The notes under the pieces: generated by a model
What the model was told of the DNA's origin: nothing
Databases searched by the model: none
What the model saw: the letters and a program-made list of their open reading frames with translations, nothing else
Made by a program: the position numbers and the translations under genes
NCBI GenBank assembly: GCA_002687795.1
Contig: NZBG01000034.1
Location: 10,362-74,361 of the forward strand
DNA length: 64,000 nucleotides
Direction: 5' to 3'
From: Candidatus Woesearchaeota archaeon
Lineage (GTDB): Archaea > Nanobdellota > Nanobdellia > Woesearchaeales > GCA-2687795
Shown here: piece after piece, positions 1-9,607 of the stretch
Layout: every line of letters starts with the position of its first letter
How positions within the stretch are numbered: the first letter of the stretch is position 1

Positions 1-156
1 CCTGAAATAAGGACTCTCAACAATCTTTTTAACATGAGCATAGGGCCTTATCCTGCATCTTTTGATGGTAGAAATTATTCTCAGCCTTAACTCTTTGCTA
101 AGCTTCTTTAACTGCTTAAGAGATAAGTCGGAGAAGATAATTGAATACATATTCAT
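1..156 (-). CDS. RelE/ParE-family toxin; the start is at 156 and the C-terminus runs off the window
   Basis: Reverse translation gives MNMYSIIFSDLSLKQLKKLSKELRLRIISTIKRCRIRPYAHVKKIVESPYFR, which is a RelE/ParE-like N-terminus. Its ATG overlaps the stop of the upstream small gene by 4 bp (ATGA). Confidence 0.5.
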   Translation of the reverse strand, partial: MNMYSIIFSDLSLKQLKKLSKELRLRIISTIKRCRIRPYAHVKKIVESPYFR

Positions 157-371
157 AGTTCAAGTTCTTTCTCTACCTTTTCAAGAGTATGAACCTTGCC
201 TCTTTTGAATTCATCTTCAGCCTGCTTTATGAGCGCTTTTGTTTCCTCAGACAATTCCATAGTATCTTCTAAAAGGTCCCAAAGTAGGTCTTCATAACTT
301 TCGTTGTCATACATCTTCCTATGCCTCAATACATCAAGCAGGCTGTTGCTAACTTGTATTGTAGTTGCCAT
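153..371 (-). CDS. Small type II antitoxin of the archaeal VapB/DUF217 type, upstream partner of the RelE-like gene
   Basis: 72 aa protein with the pattern IQVSNSLLDVL...ESYEDLLWDLLED, typical of archaeal small antitoxins. It has a 4-bp translational overlap with the downstream toxin. Confidence 0.5.
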   Translation of the reverse strand: MATTIQVSNSLLDVLRHRKMYDNESYEDLLWDLLEDTMELSEETKALIKQAEDEFKRGKVHTLEKVEKELEL

Positions 372-506
372 AGCAAGTATATAATTAGCTATAGTATTTA
401 AACTTTACTATTTCCCCACTGGACAACCCTTTCATTACTTAATTAACCAAACAAACCCAAAATTAAAGAAAGATTTTTAATACTATACCCTTTTCTCTAA
501 TGGAAA

Positions 507-3500
507 ATGGCTGAAGAAGATAAGGAAACAGAAGAAGATGAAAATATAGATATTGACTTCAGTAAGATTAAGAAATTCTTTAAAAATCTCTTCAAAGAAG
601 ACAAAGAGGAAGAGAAGAAAGAGCTTAAAAAGGAGATAAAAGAAGTAGATAAAGAAATAAAGGAAGATATCAAGGAGAAAAAGGGAGATATAAAGGAACT
701 AAAAGAGGAAGAAAATGAAATCAAGGAGATTAAAGAAGATATTAAGAAAGAACCTTCTGAAAAGGAATTAGAGAAAGCAAAAGAAGATATTAAGGAAATA
801 AAAGAAGAGGTTGAAAAAGAGGAAGAAGATGAAATCAACATTGACTTCTCAAAAATAAAGAACTGGTTCAAGAAAGCTTTTTCTGAGGATAAAGATAAGA
901 AAGATATTAAAGAAGAGAAAAAAACTGATGAAGAGGAAGAAGTATCGTTTGATATCAAAAGAGCAAAATCATTCTATGCTCAATATAAGCATTATATAAT
1001 CCCTATTTTATTCATATTAATTGCCGGCATTTTCTCTGTCTATTTAAGGATGATGCCTGATTCTCTCCCAATAACTGATGATTGGGCAAGGAACTCTGTT
1101 TATAGCGGTGTCAAGTCGCAAATCAAAGGTCAGATAGACCAGCAATATCCAAATCTGCCGGATGCCAACAAGAATGGTCTGGTTGAGGTTGAGTTCAATA
1201 AGCTGTTAAAGGCAGAAAGATCAGCTATAGAGCAACAGGTAAAAGGAACCTCCCAGTTCTTTAAATCAAACCTTAAAAACGAGAAAGGAACAACATATCT
1301 GCTGGCAATAGACCCTTATTATTGGTATAGGTATTCAAGGAATGTTATTGAAAAGGGAACAACAGCAGATACAACCAAAGATGGAATCCCATGGGATGAC
1401 CATATGCTTGCACCATTAGGAAGGCCTGCTGACAGCAATTTCCATATTTACTTTGAAGTGTTCTTGTATAAAGTCTTTTCAGCTTTTAACAAAGACCTTG
1501 ACTTAATGAAGGTTGCATTTTTTATTCCTGTTATAATATCCACATTATCAGTAATACCTGCCTTTTTCATTGCCAGAAGGATAGGAGGTAATTTAGGTGG
1601 CCTTATTGCAGCTATAATGGTTGCAATCCATCCGGCATTGTTAGGAAGGACAGCCGGCGGATTTGCTGATACTGATGCATACAATGTATTTTTTCCATTG
1701 GTTATAACCTGGTTAGCACTGGAAGCTTTCGAGTCAAAGAACTTAAGAAGCAAGATAATCCTTGCTTCTTTGTCAGGTTTCTTTGTTGGATTATTTTCAT
1801 TTTCCTGGATGGGCTGGTGGTATATCTTCGACTTTATCTTGATAGCCTTACTGTTTTACATTACATATTTCATAATTGTTCACAGAGAACACCTGAAGAA
1901 GGGCATTTCATATTTCATTTTCAACACACCGGTTAAGAATACACTGATATTATTAGTCACTTTCCTGTCTGTATCCTGTGTTTCTGTTACTTTGTTTACT
2001 GATTTCTGGACTTTCAGAACAGCGCCAACACAGCCATTTAACTTTGCGCAGATAAAAGTAGTAGGGGTCACAAAGATATGGCCGAATGTTATAACAACAG
2101 TAGCTGAGCAAAATGAGGCTTCTCTAAACAATGTTATTAACCAGATAGGAATAGGGAAAAGGCTTTTCTTCTTGATCAGCTTAATAGGAATAATATTATT
2201 ATTAGTGAGAAAACAAAGCAAGAGACCCAGTGACCTGTGGTTTATCTCCCTCGCAAGTTTATGGCATTTTATTATTCTTGCTTTTAAGCCCCAGGATCTC
2301 CATACATTTATTGTATTAATTTCCCTGCCCATAATAGCAAAGATACTGATAGCCTTAAAAGAAAAGGACACAAAAGCAGATATAAAGCTGGCTATAATAC
2401 TTATTATATGGTTTATAGCAACCATTTATGCAAGCACGAAAGGTATAAGATTTTTGTTATTGTTTGTGCCTGCCTTCAGCCTGGCATTTGGCATTGCATT
2501 GGGAATTATCTATGAATACTGTTCCAGCCTGATATCAAAAAGCCTGAACATACACCAAACCATTACAAAGGCGGCATTATTGCTCCTGATATTCTTTTTA
2601 TTCTTATTAAGCCCAATAAACGCTGCAAAGTCAACAGCCAGGAGCGAGATACCTTCTATGAACGATGCATGGTATTCTTCATTGGATAAAATAAGGCTTG
2701 AATCTGAGCCGGATGCTATTGTTAACTCATGGTGGGACTTTGGGCACTGGTTTAAGGCTATTACTGACAGGGCTGTCACATTTGACGGCACTACACAGGA
2801 TATGCCACAGGCGCACTGGATAGGCAACACTTTGCTAACCAGCAGCGAGGAAACTTCTGTTGGTATTCTAAGAATGCTTGATTGTGGGGCAACCAATGCC
2901 TTTGATGAACTTGATAAGGTTATCAATGATGGTGCTAAATCAGTTGATATTTTATACGAAATTATTGTTGAAAAGGAAACAAAGGCAAAAGATACACTCA
3001 CTAATAATTATAGTCTTACAGAAGAACAGGCAGCCAAGGTGCTTGAAAACACTCACTGCGACCCACCGGAGAACTACTATATAACATCCGAAGATATGGT
3101 AGGAAAAAGCGGTGTCTGGGCCCATTTTGGCTCATGGGACTTTGACAGGGCTACTATTTATAATACGCTTATTAAAAAGGATTATAAGAAGGATAAAGAA
3201 AAAAGCGTTCAGTTTTTAATTGAAAGATTCAATTATACAAGAGAAAAGGCTGAGAATATATACTATGACGTAAACTCTCTCTCTTCAAACAGGGCTGTTA
3301 ACGACTGGATAGCCCCATGGCCATCTTATATGTCAGGATCAAGCAGTTGTCCAAGACTAAACAATGAAACATTATCCTGCTCGTTCGGCCAGGGAAATGT
3401 TATAATTAATTTAACTAATTACGATGCTTTCATACCCACACCTACCGGCACCAAATATCCCAATTCTATTGTTTATCCATCAGAAGATGGTATCCACGAA

Positions 3501-3968
3501 AAGAGGTTCTATAATAATACTCTTGGGTTTAGCATGGCTCTGATACCTGATAAGAACGGAAACTATCAGAATGTTGTATCAAGCCAAGAGATAGCATCAA
3601 GCATGTTTAATATATTGTTTTATATGGAAGGCCATGGCTTAAGGTATTTCAAGAAGTTCTCTGACCAAAGCAGCGTATTTGGAAACAGGATTATTGTATG
3701 GAAGGTTGACTGGGAGGGCTCTGAGATGAACAAATTAGATTATTTTAAGGCAAAGGAGGCTGTTAACCAGACAACCGATCAAACAGATATAAATATAACA
3801 GAAGAAGATACAGATTTCTTAATAAAGAATATTTCTGGAAATGATTCAGAAGCTGCAGAAACAATAAATGAAACTGATGTAACCTCAAACGCCTCTGAAC
3901 AAGCCGAGGATAATCAGACAACAGCTGAAACGGAAAAGCTATCTCCTCCCAGAGTATCAATAGAATAA
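507..3968 (+). CDS. aglB: Archaeal oligosaccharyltransferase AglB (STT3 family) with a long K/E-rich N-terminal extension
   Basis: Polytopic N-terminal half and a periplasmic C-terminal domain. The hallmark WWDFGHW (WWDYG-type) motif lies at about nt 2738-2758. The first ~150 aa are charged KE repeats. Confidence 0.88.
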   Translation: MAEEDKETEEDENIDIDFSKIKKFFKNLFKEDKEEEKKELKKEIKEVDKEIKEDIKEKKGDIKELKEEENEIKEIKEDIKKEPSEKELEKAKEDIKEIKEEVEKEEEDEINIDFSKIKNWFKKAFSEDKDKKDIKEEKKTDEEEEVSFDIKRAKSFYAQYKHYIIPILFILIAGIFSVYLRMMPDSLPITDDWARNSVYSGVKSQIKGQIDQQYPNLPDANKNGLVEVEFNKLLKAERSAIEQQVKGTSQFFKSNLKNEKGTTYLLAIDPYYWYRYSRNVIEKGTTADTTKDGIPWDDHMLAPLGRPADSNFHIYFEVFLYKVFSAFNKDLDLMKVAFFIPVIISTLSVIPAFFIARRIGGNLGGLIAAIMVAIHPALLGRTAGGFADTDAYNVFFPLVITWLALEAFESKNLRSKIILASLSGFFVGLFSFSWMGWWYIFDFILIALLFYITYFIIVHREHLKKGISYFIFNTPVKNTLILLVTFLSVSCVSVTLFTDFWTFRTAPTQPFNFAQIKVVGVTKIWPNVITTVAEQNEASLNNVINQIGIGKRLFFLISLIGIILLLVRKQSKRPSDLWFISLASLWHFIILAFKPQDLHTFIVLISLPIIAKILIALKEKDTKADIKLAIILIIWFIATIYASTKGIRFLLLFVPAFSLAFGIALGIIYEYCSSLISKSLNIHQTITKAALLLLIFFLFLLSPINAAKSTARSEIPSMNDAWYSSLDKIRLESEPDAIVNSWWDFGHWFKAITDRAVTFDGTTQDMPQAHWIGNTLLTSSEETSVGILRMLDCGATNAFDELDKVINDGAKSVDILYEIIVEKETKAKDTLTNNYSLTEEQAAKVLENTHCDPPENYYITSEDMVGKSGVWAHFGSWDFDRATIYNTLIKKDYKKDKEKSVQFLIERFNYTREKAENIYYDVNSLSSNRAVNDWIAPWPSYMSGSSSCPRLNNETLSCSFGQGNVIINLTNYDAFIPTPTGTKYPNSIVYPSEDGIHEKRFYNNTLGFSMALIPDKNGNYQNVVSSQEIASSMFNILFYMEGHGLRYFKKFSDQSSVFGNRIIVWKVDWEGSEMNKLDYFKAKEAVNQTTDQTDINITEEDTDFLIKNISGNDSEAAETINETDVTSNASEQAEDNQTTAETEKLSPPRVSIE

Positions 3969-4003
3969 GACTTTTATATTATTAACTCTTTTTCTCTGAT
4001 ATT

Positions 4004-5131
4004 ATGCTAAATTATCAAATAAATCCTAAATTTAAGCCATTTATTTTAATAGCAGATATGCTGGGTTATGCATTAATTCATCCTATTTTAAGCCTGAAGC
4101 GCTTTAACAAAGCCAAAATAAAGAGAATATTGGTTATAAGGATAGATGAGATAGGGGATGTTATACTGGCAACTCCTGTTTTCAGGGCTCTGAAAGAGGA
4201 GTTTCCTGGCTGTAAGGTTGATGTGTTGGTTAAGAAAGGGACAAAAGAAGTGTTAGAGCATAATCCTAATGTTGATAATACTATAATCTGTGAAAAAGAC
4301 TGGCTGAGGAATAAGCTGGACATAGCCTATTTTCTTTCCCTTGCAAAAAAGCTAAAGGGAAAATATGATTTAATGATAGAGCTGCATACATCCCCTGTAA
4401 ATATATTGCTTGCATTCTTTATTGGAGGTTATAAGATAGGCTATGCATTCAGGGGGCTTGGATTCCTTTCGAATAAAACCAGGTTCTTAGCTAAAAAAGA
4501 GCATATTATTGACAGAAACCTGGATTTGTTAAAACTAATTAATATTAACCATAAAAGCAGAAAAATGGACGTATTCTTTTCAAAGAAAGAAGAAGTCTAT
4601 GTTAATGCTTTACTCAAAAAACACAAACTAACAGGAAAGAAACTAATCTGCATCAACCCCGGAACATTAAGAGCCAATAAACTATGGCAAAACAACAAAT
4701 GGGCAGAGCTTTCTGATACTTTAATGGAGAAGTATAATGCTTATATTTTGTTTACCGGCTCTTCCAATGAAAAGCCTTTGGTTAATGATATTATTAGCAT
4801 GGTTAAGAATAAGAACAAAGCTGTTAATTTAGCTGGAGAAACAGGTTTGCTGCAGTTAGCTGCATTGATTAAAAGATGCAGGCTGTTTATTGGAACTGAT
4901 TCTGGCCCTTTGCATATAGCAAGGGCAGTGGAAACGCCTTTGATTGGCTTATATGGGCCGACCAATCCTTTTATTTGGGGCTATAATGAGGATAAGTATA
5001 AGTCTGTATACAAAAAGCTGGACTGCTCTTTCTGCAATCAGGAAGGTTGTAAAAGGAGAAAAGAAAAAGAGCTTTGTCTTAGGTCTATTAAGGTAGAGGA
5101 CGTAGTAAAAGAAGTTAAAAGGCTTTTTTGA
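4004..5131 (+). CDS. Glycosyltransferase family 9 (ADP-heptose:LPS heptosyltransferase-like)
   Basis: The motifs RILVIRIDEIGDVILATPVFRALKE and C-terminal LFIGTDSGPLHIARAVETPLIGLYGPTNP are typical of the RfaF/WaaC GT9 fold. Confidence 0.7.
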   Translation: MLNYQINPKFKPFILIADMLGYALIHPILSLKRFNKAKIKRILVIRIDEIGDVILATPVFRALKEEFPGCKVDVLVKKGTKEVLEHNPNVDNTIICEKDWLRNKLDIAYFLSLAKKLKGKYDLMIELHTSPVNILLAFFIGGYKIGYAFRGLGFLSNKTRFLAKKEHIIDRNLDLLKLININHKSRKMDVFFSKKEEVYVNALLKKHKLTGKKLICINPGTLRANKLWQNNKWAELSDTLMEKYNAYILFTGSSNEKPLVNDIISMVKNKNKAVNLAGETGLLQLAALIKRCRLFIGTDSGPLHIARAVETPLIGLYGPTNPFIWGYNEDKYKSVYKKLDCSFCNQEGCKRRKEKELCLRSIKVEDVVKEVKRLF

Positions 5132-6289
5132 TTACTTCCTCTCTTTCTTCTTCGTGTAAGCAAAGTAACCAACTAATCCAATAAGAACGATCGCTGCTGC
5201 AACCAGCCAGCCATACTTTGGTTTTGGTGGAGGAACTATATCTTCTTTATCCTCTTCTTCTTCTGGTGGCTTAGCCTCTTCTGGTGGAGCTGCTACTACT
5301 TCTTCACCGCCAGCAATAGTATAAGACTTTATAGAACTCAGTTTTTTCTTGACTGTATAACTTAAATCAAGGGATTTGCCTTTCTTTAAAGAATCAATAG
5401 TCCATTGGACAACAGGATCTTTCTGCAATACCTCAGGGGTTTCTCCTGTAAATGCCAAATCATCAGTTGATTTTGCAACAGTTTTTGGTATTATCTCAAC
5501 AACCTTTATCTTTTTCATATCTTTAGGAGCTGTAACAACCAATGTAATCTGTGTCCTGTATACATAATCACCTGTATCCAGATTTTCTATATTATAAACA
5601 GTTAAGGTTCTTGTAACCCCTGCCTTAGCCTTTTCTCCGGATTCAAACCCTGCCTTTAATTCCTGTAAAACTGATATTGCTTTTGTGCTAGTAACATGCT
5701 CTATTGCCTCTTCTATTCCTGCTGGGGTGTTCTTCCCAAAGGTTTCAGTTGAAGCATCCCCTACCCGAGAATATTTAAGATTATCATCTTCCCAGCCCTC
5801 TGGCAGTGATTTTTCTAATCTGTTAATAATATAGGAATCCGATGCAATCTCTGTTAAGGTTTCTGTTGTAGCAGCTGAGCCACCGCCAGCACCTCCTGTT
5901 GAGCCTGCTGCTGCAGCTGCTGCAGCTGAATAGCTTAGATTGAGTTGTGTGATACCTCCTGGCGTAAAAGCAGAGCTTCCTGAATCAGTTCCGCTAGCTA
6001 TAAATGTAATAGTTGCACCTGAAGTACAGACACTTTCGCCAGCAGCGCATACAAACAACTTTTCATCACTCGCGCCTGCACCTCCATAAACTCCATCATG
6101 CGTAGTTGTTATACTGCCAACAGTAGTACCGCCTATGTTAGCTGTTATCGTTAACCCAGCAGATGCGCCTGTTATTGTGCCAAAATATGCCTCTGGGAAA
6201 GCTGGAAGACTTTCTCCATAAGCAATTCCTATTAAAGAAAAAAAAACCATTATTAAAATTATTGCTTTATTCATCTTTGTGTTGCCCAT
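5132..6289 (-). CDS. Secreted cell-surface protein with an N-terminal signal peptide, a G/A/T/S-rich region, a P/E-rich stalk and a C-terminal TM anchor
   Basis: N-terminus MNKAIILIMVFFSLIGIAYG, a poly-Ala/Gly stretch, a PPEEAKPPEEEEDKEDIVPPPKP linker, and a C-terminus WLVAAAIVLIGLVGYFAYTKKKERK. Confidence 0.5.
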   Translation of the reverse strand: MGNTKMNKAIILIMVFFSLIGIAYGESLPAFPEAYFGTITGASAGLTITANIGGTTVGSITTTHDGVYGGAGASDEKLFVCAAGESVCTSGATITFIASGTDSGSSAFTPGGITQLNLSYSAAAAAAAGSTGGAGGGSAATTETLTEIASDSYIINRLEKSLPEGWEDDNLKYSRVGDASTETFGKNTPAGIEEAIEHVTSTKAISVLQELKAGFESGEKAKAGVTRTLTVYNIENLDTGDYVYRTQITLVVTAPKDMKKIKVVEIIPKTVAKSTDDLAFTGETPEVLQKDPVVQWTIDSLKKGKSLDLSYTVKKKLSSIKSYTIAGGEEVVAAPPEEAKPPEEEEDKEDIVPPPKPKYGWLVAAAIVLIGLVGYFAYTKKKERK

Positions 6290-6330
6290 TTTTTTAATAA
6301 TCTTAAAAATAAATTAAAAAAAGAAATAAA

Positions 6331-9300
6331 TTAAATCAGGTTCTTGTCAGCGTACCCGTTGAAGGTGTAGTATGAGCTGTCAGCTTTGTTATTTGCCCAA
6401 ATCCAGTATGCGTTGTAAGGTATGAGCTTGTCTGATACTATCGCTGCTGCTGTTCCTATATCTTCTAGGGTATCTGCATATGTAATCAAACCAACTTCGC
6501 TGCCATCTCCTGAGCCTCCTATAGAGTTCAGGAATTTACCTGTTGCTCTCTGGTCAGCTGATGCTGCATCATCTAAGTAGCCATTCACTCCTATCAATGA
6601 ATATGCTCCATCATCCACTTTTACGCTCGTTGTATACTGGCTCCAGCTATCCGGCTCTGGAGAACCCATCAAATCTGTTTGGATAGGCACATCAATTGTG
6701 TTGTTTTTTGTTACACCTGTAATCTTTACCAAATAACCCCTTAATGGTATGAAGTCATTTGATGTGCTTGTTGCTGTTATCCATGCTGTTCCATTATATG
6801 TGTAAACAACTGATATTTGGCCACTATCATTCAAGGCTTTCCAGGTAGGTGTTGAGTTTACATCATGCGGAAGACTAAATCCATTCCATAATATCTCTCC
6901 GTTATTGTCCGCAGTCCATACCATTGCATGGTCATAGATATCTAATGGACCTGACCTATTTGATATTGGATTGCCTGCTGGATCGGTTATTGAGGTTGAC
7001 CCATTCGCTAGTATTATTCCCTGTACTTTTCCACTGCCGTTAAAGATGCCTCTTAACCAGATAGTCATATTGCTACTAATCGCGAAATTCATCTTATTGT
7101 GTTGGGTTTGGTCTCTTAGCCATACAGCTCCTTGATCTGCTGTATCATTGCCATCGAATGAGCCGCTTGTATTACTCCCGTTTGTTAGGTAAATAAGGTT
7201 GCTAATATTAGTAGTAGTATTACTATTAACATAATCAGTAGTAACATTTTCACTAAACTTCAATATTAAAAAGTTTTGTCCTCCTTGTCCTCCTTGCTCT
7301 CCTGTGCTTTCATTGTAATCAAAACCAGTGTCATTATACCATACCATTAACAATGTTGGCAGTGTTGTGTCTATTGTGAAGTTATTCGAGATATTTGCAG
7401 CCATTGCATTATAACCAATATCCCTTGCTCCGCTTACATTAATAATAGTCAATCCATCCATAACATCAGTTTTAAATGCGTGGTCTATGAGATACGAGCC
7501 ATTCCAGACAGTCTCGTTTTCCCATTTTCCCAGTACCACAATGGTGGTTGTGTTGTCAATTGGGTGCAGTGTTACATTGATAGTGCTTGTGTTTGACCAG
7601 TCCATGTATTCATTAAAGGTTACAGTGAATGTAACATTTCCTGCTTTTGTTGGCGTGGTATCATTTAATGAAATCGCTGTAAATACATTTGGCGTTACTA
7701 CATCTGGTGTATAAGTGCTGCTGTTGAGCCAGCCTAATGCTGTTGTGTTCGATAATTGGGTCATATTATTTCCTGCCAGATCACCGAAAGTCAGGTTATG
7801 AGTCCATACATACAAAGTATCTGTCCTCCATGATGAGAGATTAGCATTCTGTTCTCCTGTAAGGTTAATCTGGATAGTGGTTGTATTCTCCATTACATTT
7901 ACTAAAGCACCTCCTAAAGATATCTTTTTCACACTGGTGTTTGATGAGTTACTTTCATTTGCTATAAACACATTTATAAGGAATGTGTCTGTTGCCGATC
8001 TGTTTGGATACATTTTCTCGCTAAAGGTAAAATTAATGGTCCTTGTTGCATGGTCATAGGCAGCGCTTGTAAGATCTGGCCTTGTTATATCTAGTTCAAA
8101 TTCATTCAGGCTCTGGTTTACAACCGCGTTAATCATGTTATCAGAGGTATCATTGAATGCTCCTTCCAATAAGCTTATATTTAATGTTGGTGAGCTAGCA
8201 TTCATGGTCCAGCCAAGTATCGTGTCCCTATGGGCTGTTGATAAAGTTATATTAGAATAGTTAAATGCCTGGTTGTAGGTTACTGACTCGTTCTGTGCAT
8301 TTAAGACAAGATAATCCGTGGTTCCTGCTACTGAGTTATTCATAACCAAATGTATTCCCTCAAGGAAAGTTGCTTCCACTGGCTCATCAAACCTTAATAT
8401 TAAGTACCTGTTGCTGTAATTATAGCTTAGGTTAAAGGTTCTGAGGGTTGGCTTTATGCCGTCTGTTGGGGTTACACTGCCAACACCAGTAGTATTACCA
8501 TAAGCAATGTTCCCAGCATAATCTGAGATATTATGCACTGCATCTGTGGAATTTAGGTAAACAGTTGGTGTTCCATTTGCGCCAATCAGGTTATGGAATA
8601 TCAAAGTAGTGTTTGTGCTGTTCTGTGTAAGCAATGCTGCCGCTGTATAATTAACTCCTCCATAAGTCATATAGAAAGATTTTACAGTCAAAGAATCCAT
8701 CCATATTACCTCACTGAATGTGATATTAATGCTTGTGTTTGTGCTTGCGCCTGCTATGCCTGTGCCGTTTGTAACAGCTGTTGAAAACGTAGGCAGTGTG
8801 TTATCAATTGAAATATTGAAGTCCAAGTTAAATGCTGTGTATGTTTCATAAGTGTCATTATACCCAGCTATTATAGTAAAGTTATGAAATCCATCTAAGT
8901 TATTATTTTGGCCGATTGTAACATTAAACGCAAACCATGTGGTTGTATTAGTGCAAGTGCCAGCCGCAGTACCGTTTGTTATGAATGGGGCTGCGCTTCT
9001 GTTCCAGCTAAGCACATGCTGCTCATTAGAGATATTAGTGAAATTAAAATCCACGGGATTGGCTGCATATACGCCATCTGAGAATCCTGACCAGTTTCCA
9101 TAGCCCCATAAGAACCCGCTATCCATTGTTATATTAATACTTGTGATATTATAGGTTTCGTTAAGATTTATAAGTGTAAAATTGAAGAAGTATGTCCCAT
9201 TATTTAAGTAGTATACCCCATCTAAAGGTCTTATTGTAATATTAAACGGGTAATTAGGTCCCAGGTATCCTCCGGTTTCGTTATCCACCATAACCACATC

Positions 9301-9402
9301 AAGGGTGACATTAATCCCCTCGATCGCACCTTCAGAAACTTCAGAAACTCCAGCCATTACTAATAAACCAACCATAATTAAGAATATGTTTTTATACCTC
9401 AT
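6331..9402 (-). CDS. Large secreted, sequon-dense surface glycoprotein (S-layer-like candidate)
   Basis: Signal peptide MRYKNIFLIMVGLLVMAGVSEVSEG. I counted roughly 70 N-x-S/T sequons by eye in 1023 aa. It is N/T/S-rich with no TM segments and sits next to aglB. Confidence 0.6.
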   Translation of the reverse strand: MRYKNIFLIMVGLLVMAGVSEVSEGAIEGINVTLDVVMVDNETGGYLGPNYPFNITIRPLDGVYYLNNGTYFFNFTLINLNETYNITSINITMDSGFLWGYGNWSGFSDGVYAANPVDFNFTNISNEQHVLSWNRSAAPFITNGTAAGTCTNTTTWFAFNVTIGQNNNLDGFHNFTIIAGYNDTYETYTAFNLDFNISIDNTLPTFSTAVTNGTGIAGASTNTSINITFSEVIWMDSLTVKSFYMTYGGVNYTAAALLTQNSTNTTLIFHNLIGANGTPTVYLNSTDAVHNISDYAGNIAYGNTTGVGSVTPTDGIKPTLRTFNLSYNYSNRYLILRFDEPVEATFLEGIHLVMNNSVAGTTDYLVLNAQNESVTYNQAFNYSNITLSTAHRDTILGWTMNASSPTLNISLLEGAFNDTSDNMINAVVNQSLNEFELDITRPDLTSAAYDHATRTINFTFSEKMYPNRSATDTFLINVFIANESNSSNTSVKKISLGGALVNVMENTTTIQINLTGEQNANLSSWRTDTLYVWTHNLTFGDLAGNNMTQLSNTTALGWLNSSTYTPDVVTPNVFTAISLNDTTPTKAGNVTFTVTFNEYMDWSNTSTINVTLHPIDNTTTIVVLGKWENETVWNGSYLIDHAFKTDVMDGLTIINVSGARDIGYNAMAANISNNFTIDTTLPTLLMVWYNDTGFDYNESTGEQGGQGGQNFLILKFSENVTTDYVNSNTTTNISNLIYLTNGSNTSGSFDGNDTADQGAVWLRDQTQHNKMNFAISSNMTIWLRGIFNGSGKVQGIILANGSTSITDPAGNPISNRSGPLDIYDHAMVWTADNNGEILWNGFSLPHDVNSTPTWKALNDSGQISVVYTYNGTAWITATSTSNDFIPLRGYLVKITGVTKNNTIDVPIQTDLMGSPEPDSWSQYTTSVKVDDGAYSLIGVNGYLDDAASADQRATGKFLNSIGGSGDGSEVGLITYADTLEDIGTAAAIVSDKLIPYNAYWIWANNKADSSYYTFNGYADKNLI

Positions 9403-9607
9403 TTTTATCTAAACCTCCTTTTGCATCCCTTTTTTTTGATAATTTATTAGAAGATAAAGAAACACTTTATCCCCTCTTTTTATTTTTTGATTTATATATT
9501 TGATTATATCATCTACTATTTTTGTTTTTATTACCTAACACGCATATATAAATGTTTCGTTTGCTCTCACATAAGCTTTATTAAATAGAATTAACTTCAC
9601 TTCCCTT

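Noticed and set aside
497-958. 153-aa S/F-rich ORF on the minus strand
   Set aside because: It is a shadow ORF: the reverse-complement reading of the GAA/AAA-rich K/E repeat region of aglB is open only because of low complexity.
1448-3001. Three minus-strand ORFs of 101-181 aa inside aglB
   Set aside because: They are fully nested antisense to a well-supported 1153-aa gene, have no motifs, and are typical AT-rich shadow ORFs.
7487-8784. Small plus-strand ORFs inside the big glycoprotein gene
   Set aside because: They are nested antisense to a 1023-aa ORF with a signal peptide and coherent composition, and they have no independent support.
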